Shown piece by piece: positions 9,617 to 18,279 of a DNA stretch of 32,000 nt. Numbering within the stretch: position 1 is the first letter of the stretch; the number at the start of each line of letters is the position of its first letter. The DNA comes from Psychrobacter sp. DM4 (lineage in GTDB: Bacteria; Pseudomonadota; Gammaproteobacteria; Pseudomonadales; Moraxellaceae), in NCBI RefSeq assembly GCF_051307035.1, contig NZ_CP195536.1, positions 2,220,001-2,252,000 of the forward strand, given 5' to 3'. The notes under the pieces are model-generated. The model was not told the origin of the DNA and ran no database searches. It saw only the letters and a list, made by a program, of their open reading frames with translations. The translations under genes and the position numbers were made by a program.

Positions 9617-9928
9617 ATGGCCTTATTTGCCATTATTGGTCATGACGTTGCCAACAGTCACGAGCAACGCCTAATCACTCGCGCAGAACACATTGCTCGT
9701 TTACAATCATTAGACAGTGAACAGCGCTTGATTATCGCAGGTCCTACGCCCATCGAGCATGGTAGCGATTCTATGTCAGGTAGTCTTATTATCGCTGATT
9801 TTGATACGCTCAAAGACGCGCAAACGTGGGTAGACGCTGAGCCTTACTTGCGTGATGGCGTGTATAGTCATGTGGACGTCAGACCTTTTATACATACTTT
9901 GCCTGCTAACAAGGCTGCAAAATCGTGA
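9617..9928 (+). CDS. yciI: YciI-family protein
   Basis: R..H..RL....GRLI.AGP ... DAEPY...GVY..V.V.PF pattern, plus position directly after yciB. AAGGAG SD lies upstream. Confidence 0.85.
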   Translation: MALFAIIGHDVANSHEQRLITRAEHIARLQSLDSEQRLIIAGPTPIEHGSDSMSGSLIIADFDTLKDAQTWVDAEPYLRDGVYSHVDVRPFIHTLPANKAAKS

Positions 9929-10341
9929 ATCAGCGGTTATCTAAAAACCATAAACGTAGTCTAATAAGCCTCCTGTTGCTGGCGACGATATCAGCGCAAG
10001 CAGCGTCGACAGTAGACACTACTGATAAATCAACTACTCTGCCGATTGCTACCCAAACTGATACCGCTCAGCCTGATTCAGGCTTGGCGCTGTCAGTCGA
10101 TAATACCTTGGCGGCGCAAATGCAACCCTCCAATCAAGCGTTATCGGATGCCAATCAAGAGCTGCTGGGGCGCAACGCTAAATTGCAACGCCAGATCAAC
10201 GACTTGCAAACGCAGGTCAATGTCTTGGTGTACGAGAGTAAAGGTCAGCTGTTTTTATACGGCGCGTTTACGGTACTCATCAGCTTACTCGTCGGTATCT
10301 TCGTTTCTTGGCTTGTCTTTGTACGCCGTGAGCGCTGGTAA
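9925..10341 (+). CDS. Secreted/anchored coiled-coil protein (signal peptide, coiled coil, C-terminal TM), function unknown
   Basis: Signal peptide LLLLATISAQA-AS, heptad-like NQELLGRNAKLQRQINDLQTQVNVL and C-terminal anchor LFLYGAFTVLISLLVGIFVSWLVFVRRERW. The GTG start overlaps the yciI stop (GTGA). Confidence 0.65.
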   Translation: MNQRLSKNHKRSLISLLLLATISAQAASTVDTTDKSTTLPIATQTDTAQPDSGLALSVDNTLAAQMQPSNQALSDANQELLGRNAKLQRQINDLQTQVNVLVYESKGQLFLYGAFTVLISLLVGIFVSWLVFVRRERW

Positions 10342-10375
10342 TCTGCTTTTATTGCCTTATCTGATGTGATCTCTT

Positions 10376-12475
10376 ATGTCCAATCCTACCGCGCGCCCTA
10401 AAAAACCTGAGCCTACAAAAACTACGCCCTACGCCAATATCATTACGCCAGCGCAGGTCGACTGGCAGAGCGATGATAAAGGTAATCAGGTACCCGTATC
10501 AGGTGAATTTGGCGACGTTTATTACTCGCAGACTAATGGCTTAGCGGAATCTCGCTACGTGTTTTTGGAAGGCAATCATTTAGCTGAGCGTTTGGCTCGC
10601 TTAACGGCTTATCAGACCTTTAGCGTTGCTGAATTGGGTTTTGGTACGGGGCTTAACGTCTTAGCGCTCTGGCACTTATGGCGTGAGCTTCGAGCAAAGC
10701 ATGCGCATTTAAGTACCGCGCGCTTGCATATTATCACCACTGAAAAGCATCCTATACCTTTAACAGATTTGACTCAGATACTAGGCATCTGGTGTCAGCG
10801 TGCGCCTGAGCTGCGACCGATGGTGGCTGAATTATTGACAGCTTATCCTATTCTTATCGCAGGCTGTCATCGACTGAACTTTGCAGCTGATAATCTAACG
10901 CTCGATATCTGGTTAGGGGATGCCGCCGATAGCTTAGCTAAACTTGCGACTGATAACTCTGATTTTCAATCTACTCAAAAAAGGGCGCAGATCGATGCTT
11001 GGTTTTTAGATGGTTTTGCCCCTTCTTGTAACGAGTCGTTGTGGGCGGAGTCAATATTTGTACAGATTGAACGCTTATCATCTATCGGCACGACCGCTGC
11101 GACTTATAGCTGCGCGGGTGTGGTTAAGCGCGGCTTGCAAAGTAGCGGGTTTGAGCTCAAAAAACTAAAAGGCTTTGGTCCAAAAAACGAGATGCTAACT
11201 GCTGAGATTAAAGAAAACATTGATCTACCTCAGTCTGATGACGCCTTTGTTGAAAAAATACTTGTCAAAGAAAACCCTAAACCCAATCATACACTCATCA
11301 TCGGTGCTGGTATTGCAGGTTTGATGAGCGCATGGTCGTTGGCTAATCGCGGTATAAAAGTCACAGTAGTGGACAAAACCGCACCTTTAGCAGGTGCTTC
11401 TGGTAATCCGCGCGCCCTACTCGCCCCCAAAATGACCCCTATTCATCATGCCGCTGAGCACTTGCATACGATAGGCTATCTATATAGTAGTCGCTTGTAT
11501 CATCAATTAAATGTAGCTGCTAGAACACTAAATGCGCCGCTCATAATAGAGCCAACAGGCGCGCTTGATCTATTATTAAAAGCGAATATTGATAGTGGCC
11601 AAATCTCAAACTATCCTAATGACATGGCAACAACTTTGGCAGATAGTGATGCAAAGGCAGTGACTGGTTTGCGTGAGCAAGATTTATGTGAAAATCTCTA
11701 TTTACCACAATCGGGACTAGTTAATCCGCAAGCATTGAAGGCAGTTATACTAGCGCATCCGCTAATTACCTTTAAACCGTTTGAAGTCGTAAAAATAGAG
11801 GAAGAGGCGGACTGTATTAGGGTTAGCGGTCATACCAATAACGAAAAAATCGCTGATCTGATAACGATTCAAGCAGATAATGTAGTGATATGCGCCGCTT
11901 ATGAGAGTCATTATTTGGATCAACGCATTTTTGATTGCCGAAAAATACGCGGACAACTGTCTTGGTTTACGCCAACGACTGAGCAGCTTGCGCAATTACC
12001 AAAACTACCGCTTAAATACGGCGGCTATTGCGCTTTGTTTAATGCTCAAGCTGATGACACTAAGTCAAATCAGACTTCAGAGAATGATGTAAAGTTCCTA
12101 CTTGGCGCAAGTTTTGTGCGTAATGACATTGCCACTGATATTCGTCTTAATGAGCATCAGGTCAGCCGTGATAAATTAATCAAAGCCATACCTGAGCTTG
12201 ACGCTATTATTCCGACCGATACTCAACTTTGGCAGGCCCGCGCAGGTGTACGCACCCAAACCCCTGACTATCATCCTATCGTAGGACGACTAGCACAGAG
12301 CACGCGACTATGGGTATTAAGTGCGATGGGTGCAAAGGGTTATGCTTATGCACCGATATGCGCCCAAGCACTAGCGGCGATGATGTTAGGAGAATTTGCG
12401 CCACTATCAGAGGCAATGCTTGAGAGGGTATCGCCCGATCGAAAGAGATTAAAAACGCCTTTGAATGAGTCATAA
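10376..12475 (+). CDS. mnmC: Bifunctional tRNA mnm5s2U34 synthesis enzyme MnmC (N-terminal methyltransferase, C-terminal FAD oxidoreductase)
   Basis: The N-terminal part has FGDVYYS...ELGFGTGLN...[10 protein letters not shown]. The FAD fold [19 protein letters not shown] starts the C-terminal DAO-like half. The length (699 aa) is similar to E. coli MnmC. Confidence 0.9.
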   Translation: MSNPTARPKKPEPTKTTPYANIITPAQVDWQSDDKGNQVPVSGEFGDVYYSQTNGLAESRYVFLEGNHLAERLARLTAYQTFSVAELGFGTGLNVLALWHLWRELRAKHAHLSTARLHIITTEKHPIPLTDLTQILGIWCQRAPELRPMVAELLTAYPILIAGCHRLNFAADNLTLDIWLGDAADSLAKLATDNSDFQSTQKRAQIDAWFLDGFAPSCNESLWAESIFVQIERLSSIGTTAATYSCAGVVKRGLQSSGFELKKLKGFGPKNEMLTAEIKENIDLPQSDDAFVEKILVKENPKPNHTLIIGAGIAGLMSAWSLANRGIKVTVVDKTAPLAGASGNPRALLAPKMTPIHHAAEHLHTIGYLYSSRLYHQLNVAARTLNAPLIIEPTGALDLLLKANIDSGQISNYPNDMATTLADSDAKAVTGLREQDLCENLYLPQSGLVNPQALKAVILAHPLITFKPFEVVKIEEEADCIRVSGHTNNEKIADLITIQADNVVICAAYESHYLDQRIFDCRKIRGQLSWFTPTTEQLAQLPKLPLKYGGYCALFNAQADDTKSNQTSENDVKFLLGASFVRNDIATDIRLNEHQVSRDKLIKAIPELDAIIPTDTQLWQARAGVRTQTPDYHPIVGRLAQSTRLWVLSAMGAKGYAYAPICAQALAAMMLGEFAPLSEAMLERVSPDRKRLKTPLNES

Positions 12476-12484
12476 GGACACACT

Positions 12485-12910
12485 ATGCCCTACCAACAAA
12501 CCACTTTAACCCTACCCGCTTATGCGCGTGGCATTCATATCATTACTCCGCATATCGAACAGGCTATTAATGAGCTGATTACTGACAAAGCGGAAGTAGG
12601 CTTGGTTCATCTATTCTTGCAACACACCTCAGCGAGTCTCGCTATCAATGAAAACGCAGACGCCGATGTCAGATTAGACACCGAGGACTGGCTAAATAAA
12701 ATAGCGCCTGCTGATCAGCCCGAATACCGACATACTTTAGAGGGGTCGGATGATTTACCCGCGCATTTCAAGAGTATGATGTTTGGGGTCAGTTTGACGA
12801 TACCGCTAGTCAACGGTAAGCTTGGACTCGGTACTTGGCAAGGTGTTTATTTGTGTGAGCATAGAGATTATGGTGGACAACGCAAAGTTGTGATAACGAT
12901 AAGTTATTAA
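12485..12910 (+). CDS. yjbQ: YjbQ/UPF0047 family protein (secondary thiamine-phosphate synthase-like)
   Basis: Family hallmarks HTSASLAINENADADVRLD and PAHFKSMMFGVSLTIPLVNGKLGLGTWQGVYLCEHRD. Confidence 0.85.
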   Translation: MPYQQTTLTLPAYARGIHIITPHIEQAINELITDKAEVGLVHLFLQHTSASLAINENADADVRLDTEDWLNKIAPADQPEYRHTLEGSDDLPAHFKSMMFGVSLTIPLVNGKLGLGTWQGVYLCEHRDYGGQRKVVITISY

Positions 12911-13026
12911 TCCTCGATAATCTCTACTACTTGATACTACGTTTGCTTTAGCGCCTAAATAAACTTGTTTGGTAAAAGTCCCATCTAAAACTTTACTAAT
13001 AACCATCATATTAAGTTGGCTGTCTT

Positions 13027-13614
13027 ATGAAAAACTTACTAAAACCTGTTCGCTACGGTTTAATTCCTGTATTAGCTATCAGTATTACACTAACCGCGTG
13101 CCAAAAAGAGCCTGAACCCAAAGCACCAGTTAACCTTGATACCCAAAGCACGCCTATTACTAGCGAGGTCAACACTGATCAGCAGCCAGTAGATAACTTA
13201 GATGAAACGAATGTAGAGACTGAGCGCGAGATTAATTTGGACGTGCTCGATGATATTGATAAGTTGAACCAAGAGGTAAGCTCGCAAGAAGTCGCTCTAA
13301 ACCCAGAACAGGCTATAAAGGGTACGCAAATTACTGATGTTCAGTATCGCAGCAATGCAGGCGAGAGTCTTTCTGTTGTTTTTGAAACGTCGGCAAGCGG
13401 TGTGCTAAACGCTATCGTTACCCAACCCAACCGACCAAAGATGACGTTGAGCGCGCCTGAAGGGCAAGGCAACAACCCGATTTATCGCTCACAAGATGGT
13501 AGTATAGAGCTTATTAGTCATGGCGGCGGTAGTAGTATAGATTTGCTGCGAGATGGTGAGGTGACAAGCTATGATGCTACTAGTGCTGAGGCAGAAGTCG
13601 TTGCTGAGTCATAA
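13027..13614 (+). CDS. Lipoprotein, function unknown (acidic linker plus ~90-aa C-terminal beta-rich domain)
   Basis: Lipobox AISITLTAC. An acidic, low-complexity linker is followed by VQYRSNAGESLSVVFETSASGVLNAIVTQ... Confidence 0.7.
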   Translation: MKNLLKPVRYGLIPVLAISITLTACQKEPEPKAPVNLDTQSTPITSEVNTDQQPVDNLDETNVETEREINLDVLDDIDKLNQEVSSQEVALNPEQAIKGTQITDVQYRSNAGESLSVVFETSASGVLNAIVTQPNRPKMTLSAPEGQGNNPIYRSQDGSIELISHGGGSSIDLLRDGEVTSYDATSAEAEVVAES

Positions 13615-13615
13615 C

Positions 13616-14266
13616 TCAATTGAACAGGCCAATTAGCAGTCTCATAGCAGTCCATAATCCGAGTACGACAAAAGCAATAACGAGCATACCCAAGATATCG
13701 GGAATATGTAAATAAAGCCATGCGACTATAGGATTGCGCCAAATACGGTTTTGTTGCTGCTTATCCTCTAAGCTTTGGTGCAAAAAAGGTCTATCGATAT
13801 GCATCGTATCCTTGATGCCGTATTCATCCTGAATATGCTGATGGACGATGCCAAGCGTCTTGCGGCTTGGGCGCAAAAACACATCTATTACAGTCCCTAC
13901 ACCTGGAATGATACCGACGACCATGTCAGCGAGCGCCATCTGCACCGCGGGCGTCATTTTGCGCGCAGGAACGCCTAATTGACGACCCAATACAAACGCA
14001 TAGCTGGTGAGCGCAAGTCCTGCCAAATCGCCTGCTATCGGAATCGTTGAGAGCGCCGCATCTGCCCCTAACCCTTGTTTTGTGAACGGTATGCGTACTA
14101 GCGAGTCCATAGTATTGGCAAATTTTGCTAGTTTACGCTCAGTATCGATCACTTGCTCGCGCGTCAGTCCTTGCTCAGCCAATCTTAACTGACATTCGGT
14201 TTGCACCTCATTTAGCGGCGGTTTTTTGCTGGTGAAGCGTTTTAGAGAGCTCGGTAATTTAGCCAT
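13616..14266 (-). CDS. DUF4112-family membrane protein
   Basis: [48 protein letters not shown] matches DUF4112 as I recall it. I prefer the ATG at 14266, which overlaps the ubiA stop as ATGGCTAA. The track start at 14296 would overlap ubiA by 38 nt. Confidence 0.75.
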   Translation of the reverse strand: MAKLPSSLKRFTSKKPPLNEVQTECQLRLAEQGLTREQVIDTERKLAKFANTMDSLVRIPFTKQGLGADAALSTIPIAGDLAGLALTSYAFVLGRQLGVPARKMTPAVQMALADMVVGIIPGVGTVIDVFLRPSRKTLGIVHQHIQDEYGIKDTMHIDRPFLHQSLEDKQQQNRIWRNPIVAWLYLHIPDILGMLVIAFVVLGLWTAMRLLIGLFN

Positions 14267-15197
14267 TAAAGGTAGTCCATATACAAGATAAGGCAACTAA
14301 GGCAAAGACGTAGCGTCCGACCCAAATATTGGCCAAAAAGGCTTGAAAGCAAGCAGCAGGCTTGCGAGTAGCGCAGACGCTGTTTTGCTTTGTGAACATC
14401 ATCGCCACTAAAGCCAAACCAAATATCGGAACAATACTCAAACTGGTCGCTATAAAATAATGCCAAAGCACCACGCCCATTATAAGCAAAAATAGTACTT
14501 GTAGTACCGAGATAATAACAATGTCAAAACGTCCAAATAGTATCGCCGTTGATTTTACCCCAATCTTTAAATCCTCTTCACGATCTGCCATCGCGTATTG
14601 AGTGTCGTAAGCCACCGTCCAACATATATAGGCGATAAACAACAACCAGCACCAGATATCAGGCGTGCCTTGTACCGCCACATAAGCCATCGGTATCGCC
14701 CAGCCAAAAGCTGCTGCCAAAAACACTTGTGGCAAATGGGTAAAGCGCTTCATAAACGGATAAATAAACGCTAAAACCACTGCACCTATTGACCAGTAAA
14801 ATACGCTGATAGGTAGTAAAAATAGCAAGCTGGCACTGAGCAGTACTAAGACGACAAATGCGGCTATTGCCTCCCGTCCAGACAATCGACCATCAGCGAG
14901 CGGACGACCTTTAGTACGCGCCACATGACCATCAACTTTGCGATCGGCAAAATCATTGATAGCACAGCCTGCGGCGCGCATCAAAATTGCGCCCAACGCG
15001 AAGAGCACAAATACCTTTAAACTTGGTAGACCTGCAACTGCCCCTCGCTGTTGCGCTTGACCCATCGCCGCGAGCATCACCGCCCATAGCGTTGGCCATA
15101 GTAGTAGCTCAATACCAACAGGCTTATCAAAGCGCGTCAATTGCATATAAGCATAAAACTTGTCTTTAAAGCTCAAAGTAGCAGGGTAATTGCTCAT
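14259..15197 (-). CDS. ubiA: 4-hydroxybenzoate polyprenyltransferase UbiA
   Basis: [30 protein letters not shown] (first Asp-rich motif) and [22 protein letters not shown] (second motif). I prefer the ATG at 15197 ([10 protein letters not shown]), which avoids overlap with the upstream 79-aa gene. Confidence 0.9.
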   Translation of the reverse strand: MSNYPATLSFKDKFYAYMQLTRFDKPVGIELLLWPTLWAVMLAAMGQAQQRGAVAGLPSLKVFVLFALGAILMRAAGCAINDFADRKVDGHVARTKGRPLADGRLSGREAIAAFVVLVLLSASLLFLLPISVFYWSIGAVVLAFIYPFMKRFTHLPQVFLAAAFGWAIPMAYVAVQGTPDIWCWLLFIAYICWTVAYDTQYAMADREEDLKIGVKSTAILFGRFDIVIISVLQVLFLLIMGVVLWHYFIATSLSIVPIFGLALVAMMFTKQNSVCATRKPAACFQAFLANIWVGRYVFALVALSCIWTTFNG

Positions 15198-15210
15198 AAC
15201 TTTGCGGTCT

Positions 15211-15450
15211 CTATAGCTGTTGCCATAATTTATTGGCATCAATGAGCGTCAGTTCAGGATACTTTTTGCGAAGGGCTTTTATCGAAGCGACTTTATTGGT
15301 GTTCGCGGCTTGCTGACGTAGATATAGTAACTGCTCTTTTGGATCGCTCAATTCTCTGAGTCGCGCTTCAAGTCGCAAAATCCGCGTTCGCAGTATGATA
15401 TTGACTAACAACAATGCTGCACCTGCCGCCCAGATTACTATCGTTAGCAT
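15211..15450 (-). CDS. Small single-span membrane protein (79 aa), function unknown
   Basis: Strong SD (AGGAG, 6 nt spacer) before the ATG at 15450. N-terminal TM segment [17 protein letters not shown] is followed by an amphipathic helical tail. Confidence 0.7.
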   Translation of the reverse strand: MLTIVIWAAGAALLLVNIILRTRILRLEARLRELSDPKEQLLYLRQQAANTNKVASIKALRKKYPELTLIDANKLWQQL

Positions 15451-15499
15451 CCTATGCTCCTAAACTTAATACTTATTGTTCATTACTGATTGTTAATTA

Positions 15500-16399
15500 C
15501 TAATGAAAAGATTTACCAAAATATCCATCAAAGCGCACCGCGTCGTTTTGCCAGCTCTCATCGGCTTGTCGCTCTGCAAACAAGGGGGCAAGTTGCGGAC
15601 GCTTAACGATGACGCGGCCGCCCTGCTCGTTGTGTCTACTAATAAAATCCTCAGCACGTTGTAAAAGCTGCTGTTCCTCATGCAAGGTTGGCGGCTTAGC
15701 TAATTTATGGAGCGCTTGCATCTGCTTACCAACTTTTGCACCCTTACCCGTTTTGCTATCTTGATAGCTGTGCTCTGGAAACATCGGATCTAAGTACACT
15801 ACATCGACGCCTTGATGATCTATTTCTCTTTTATCAAACACCCCAGCATGTCGGCTATTGTTATTAGCAAAAAAACTCAGCGCATCGGTATTGATAATGT
15901 GCAAACGTGACATCAGTTTTTGCCAATTCAACTCTACGCTCATGCGTCGCTGTTCTACTAATAATAATAACGCCATCACAGGATGCTGCTCAAGCATAAT
16001 TACTCGTGCGCCTGTGCTTGCTAGTATCAGACTGTCATGACCAAAACCTGCGGTGGCATCAATCACTATACTATTCGCTGTAATTTTAGCCGCTTGCAAG
16101 AGTAGTTCTGATTTGCGACCTGCGCTGACCACACGCCGTTGTAATTTGTCCCACTCTGGCGCCACGCTCAAGCTATCACTGAGTAATGATAATTTATCCT
16201 TGTCATCCAATAATAGAACAGGACCATCGTGCAAAGCGCTCAACTGCTGCTTAACCTTTTGATTCACTTTGCCAGTCGTCTGCACAATATTTAGTTGCAA
16301 TGATAACTGATGCTCATCAATCAGGTTTTGTAGCGCCTGAACTTGCAAGTTCTGCTCATCATCGACGTAATATAAGTGACATCTAAGCGGCGCTGACAT
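15500..16399 (-). CDS. rsmJ: 16S rRNA (guanine1516-N2)-methyltransferase RsmJ
   Basis: [30 protein letters not shown] and VVYLDPMFP...VIVKRP align with E. coli RsmJ motifs ([45 protein letters not shown]). Confidence 0.85.
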   Translation of the reverse strand: [299 protein letters not shown]

Positions 16400-16448
16400 G
16401 ATTCACTCTCGTAGAATAAAGGGTTTGGCAAGACTGTTCTGCAACACG

Positions 16449-17291
16449 CTATCCTGCGAATTGATAGCCAAAGACCCAAGCGGCGACTAATACCACCACA
16501 CCTGTGACAATGCGTAGCCATGCAAAAATCTTAAAATCGCGGCGACTGACCCAAGCGACCAGCCAGCGAATACACAGTAGCGCAACGATAAAGGAGACCA
16601 CCGTTCCTATTCCAAGCACTAACCAATCCTCACTACTGGTTAACACTTCGTGATGCTTGAGCAAATCGAGTAAACCTGCACCTATAATCACAGGAATACC
16701 TAAAAAGAATGAAAATTCTGCCGAGGCTTTGCGCGAGACGCCAAGCCACAACGCACCGATAATAGTAGCCCCAGAACGCGACGTGCCCGGTATAAGCGCT
16801 AAGCATTGCAATAGCCCAATCTTGAGCGCTGTGCCCAAACGGACGTCTTCGGCCTCATTTGCGATAATGGTCTGCGGACGGTTTTCGACATAAAATATCA
16901 ATAAGCCACCAATGATGAGCATAATCGCTACAGTAATAGGATTAAACAAGTAGGCTTTTATCTCATCGGCAAAGGTAAAGCCAACAATCATCACAGGAAT
17001 AGTCGCCACAATAAGGCTGAGCCCCAGCTGCCTTGGGTTGCTCATCGTATCGGACTTACCTGTGATCAAACCCATTAGCGCATGCCATAGCCGTCCCCAA
17101 TAGTCATAAATCACCGCCAATATAGCGCCTAACTGTACGACGACGACAAACAGATCAACCTTGTCTTTAGTCCAAAACTCCATGACATCAGCAGATAAAA
17201 TGAGATAGCCCGTACTTGAGATCGGTAAAAATTCAGTGATACCCTCAACGATACCCATGATGATGGCTTGAATGAATAAAATGATATCCAC
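16449..17291 (-). CDS. uppP: Undecaprenyl-diphosphate phosphatase UppP/BacA
   Basis: GIVEGITEFLPISSTGYL and PGTSRSGATIIG signature motifs in a polytopic protein of about 280 aa. Confidence 0.95.
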   Translation of the reverse strand: MDIILFIQAIIMGIVEGITEFLPISSTGYLILSADVMEFWTKDKVDLFVVVVQLGAILAVIYDYWGRLWHALMGLITGKSDTMSNPRQLGLSLIVATIPVMIVGFTFADEIKAYLFNPITVAIMLIIGGLLIFYVENRPQTIIANEAEDVRLGTALKIGLLQCLALIPGTSRSGATIIGALWLGVSRKASAEFSFFLGIPVIIGAGLLDLLKHHEVLTSSEDWLVLGIGTVVSFIVALLCIRWLVAWVSRRDFKIFAWLRIVTGVVVLVAAWVFGYQFAG

Positions 17292-17394
17292 GATATTCTT
17301 CCTAAGAGCAGCGCTAAACTAAAACTGTGCTGGTATGGGTTAAGTAAATAAGGAGTAATCTGACTAGGTAGAGCTCAGACAAGGATAAATGATT

Positions 17395-18078
17395 TTATGT
17401 TTTACCTTGCTCTTTAAGCGTTTTCCATGCTTGATTACGCAGATATATTGGTAACGCGTTTGCTGCATCCGTACCGCCTTTAGCCTTAAACTGCGCAATA
17501 CCTAGTTGTCCGATAGTAGCAGCATTAGGGTTAAGACTTTGATAGATGACTTGCTCGTTATGCAAACTCAAAAGTTCTGCGCCATTACCAGCGATAGCAA
17601 TATTTAGCTCAGTTTGGCTGTCATAATCTAGAAGTTGCTCAGTGTCCTCGTTTTGCTCATCAAAGACGGGCTGCATGATACCGTCAACTAGAGAATACTG
17701 TCCAAAATAGACCTGCTGCATTCGTGCATCAAGAGCGCTATAGACTTGTGCTAAGCCATTTTCTTGATAGGCACTCTGAGCAATCGCTTGTAAGCTCGAG
17801 ACGCCAACGCAAGGCAAATCATGCGCTACAGACAGCGCTTGCACAACGGCGGTATTGATACGAATACCACTAAATGCACCGGGGCCACGATTGAATAGAA
17901 GCGCTTGGATATCGGCAAGTTTGAGCTGAGTCTCGGTCAGGGCAGCATCTATCATCGGTAGTATTTGCTGCGTTTGCATGCGTTTGCCTGATTCGGTTTG
18001 GCTAAACAGGACAGCGCCACCACTATCCAAAATCGCAATTGAGCATTGATCAAATACGGTATCCATCGCTAAAAACAT
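17395..18078 (-). CDS. tsaB: tRNA t6A37 threonylcarbamoyltransferase complex dimerisation subunit TsaB (YeaZ)
   Basis: LAMDTVFDQCSIAIL, FNRGPGAFSGIRINTAVVQALS and PIYLRNQAWK are colinear with E. coli TsaB. Confidence 0.9.
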   Translation of the reverse strand: MFLAMDTVFDQCSIAILDSGGAVLFSQTESGKRMQTQQILPMIDAALTETQLKLADIQALLFNRGPGAFSGIRINTAVVQALSVAHDLPCVGVSSLQAIAQSAYQENGLAQVYSALDARMQQVYFGQYSLVDGIMQPVFDEQNEDTEQLLDYDSQTELNIAIAGNGAELLSLHNEQVIYQSLNPNAATIGQLGIAQFKAKGGTDAANALPIYLRNQAWKTLKEQGKT

Positions 18079-18219
18079 CTGAACCTCAACTGGTAGTAAC
18101 TTGCGTAATAAACTTACATGAGCAAAATAGCGCTTATGATAACATTTAGTATTAATGTTATTTACAATTTTGTTCTATCGCATTTTTTCTATTTCCAGCT
18201 TCTTTAGAAGTTACACTCG

Positions 18220-18256
18220 CAAAAAGCCCCAAAACTAACGTGAGTTTGGGGCTTAT
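18220..18256 (-). terminator. Rho-independent terminator of ffh
   Basis: On the minus strand AAGCCCCAAACT..AGTTTTGGGGCTT (GC-rich stem, one bulged A) is followed by TTTGCG. It lies 25 nt after the ffh stop. Confidence 0.75.
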
Positions 18257-18279
18257 CATGATAATTCTTAGTTAAAGAA

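Noticed and set aside
10046-10369. 107-aa ORF in an alternative frame overlapping the 138-aa gene at 9925-10341.
   Set aside because: Its translation is Cys/Arg-rich with no recognisable features. The competing frame has a signal peptide, a coiled coil and a TM anchor, and is start-stop coupled to yciI.
18139-18161. Short inverted repeats in promoter-containing spacers: ATAACATT-7-AATGTTAT (18139-18161, upstream of tsaB), AGCACTcAGTGCT (19909-19921, ffh/ypjD spacer), AATGCTT-7-AAGCATT (5076-5096, Rieske/truD spacer) and TATAGT-8-ACTATA (2314-2333).
   Set aside because: Arms of 6-8 bp in AT-rich spacers are expected fairly often by chance. No second copy or known operator consensus was recognised. 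Each would need comparative support.
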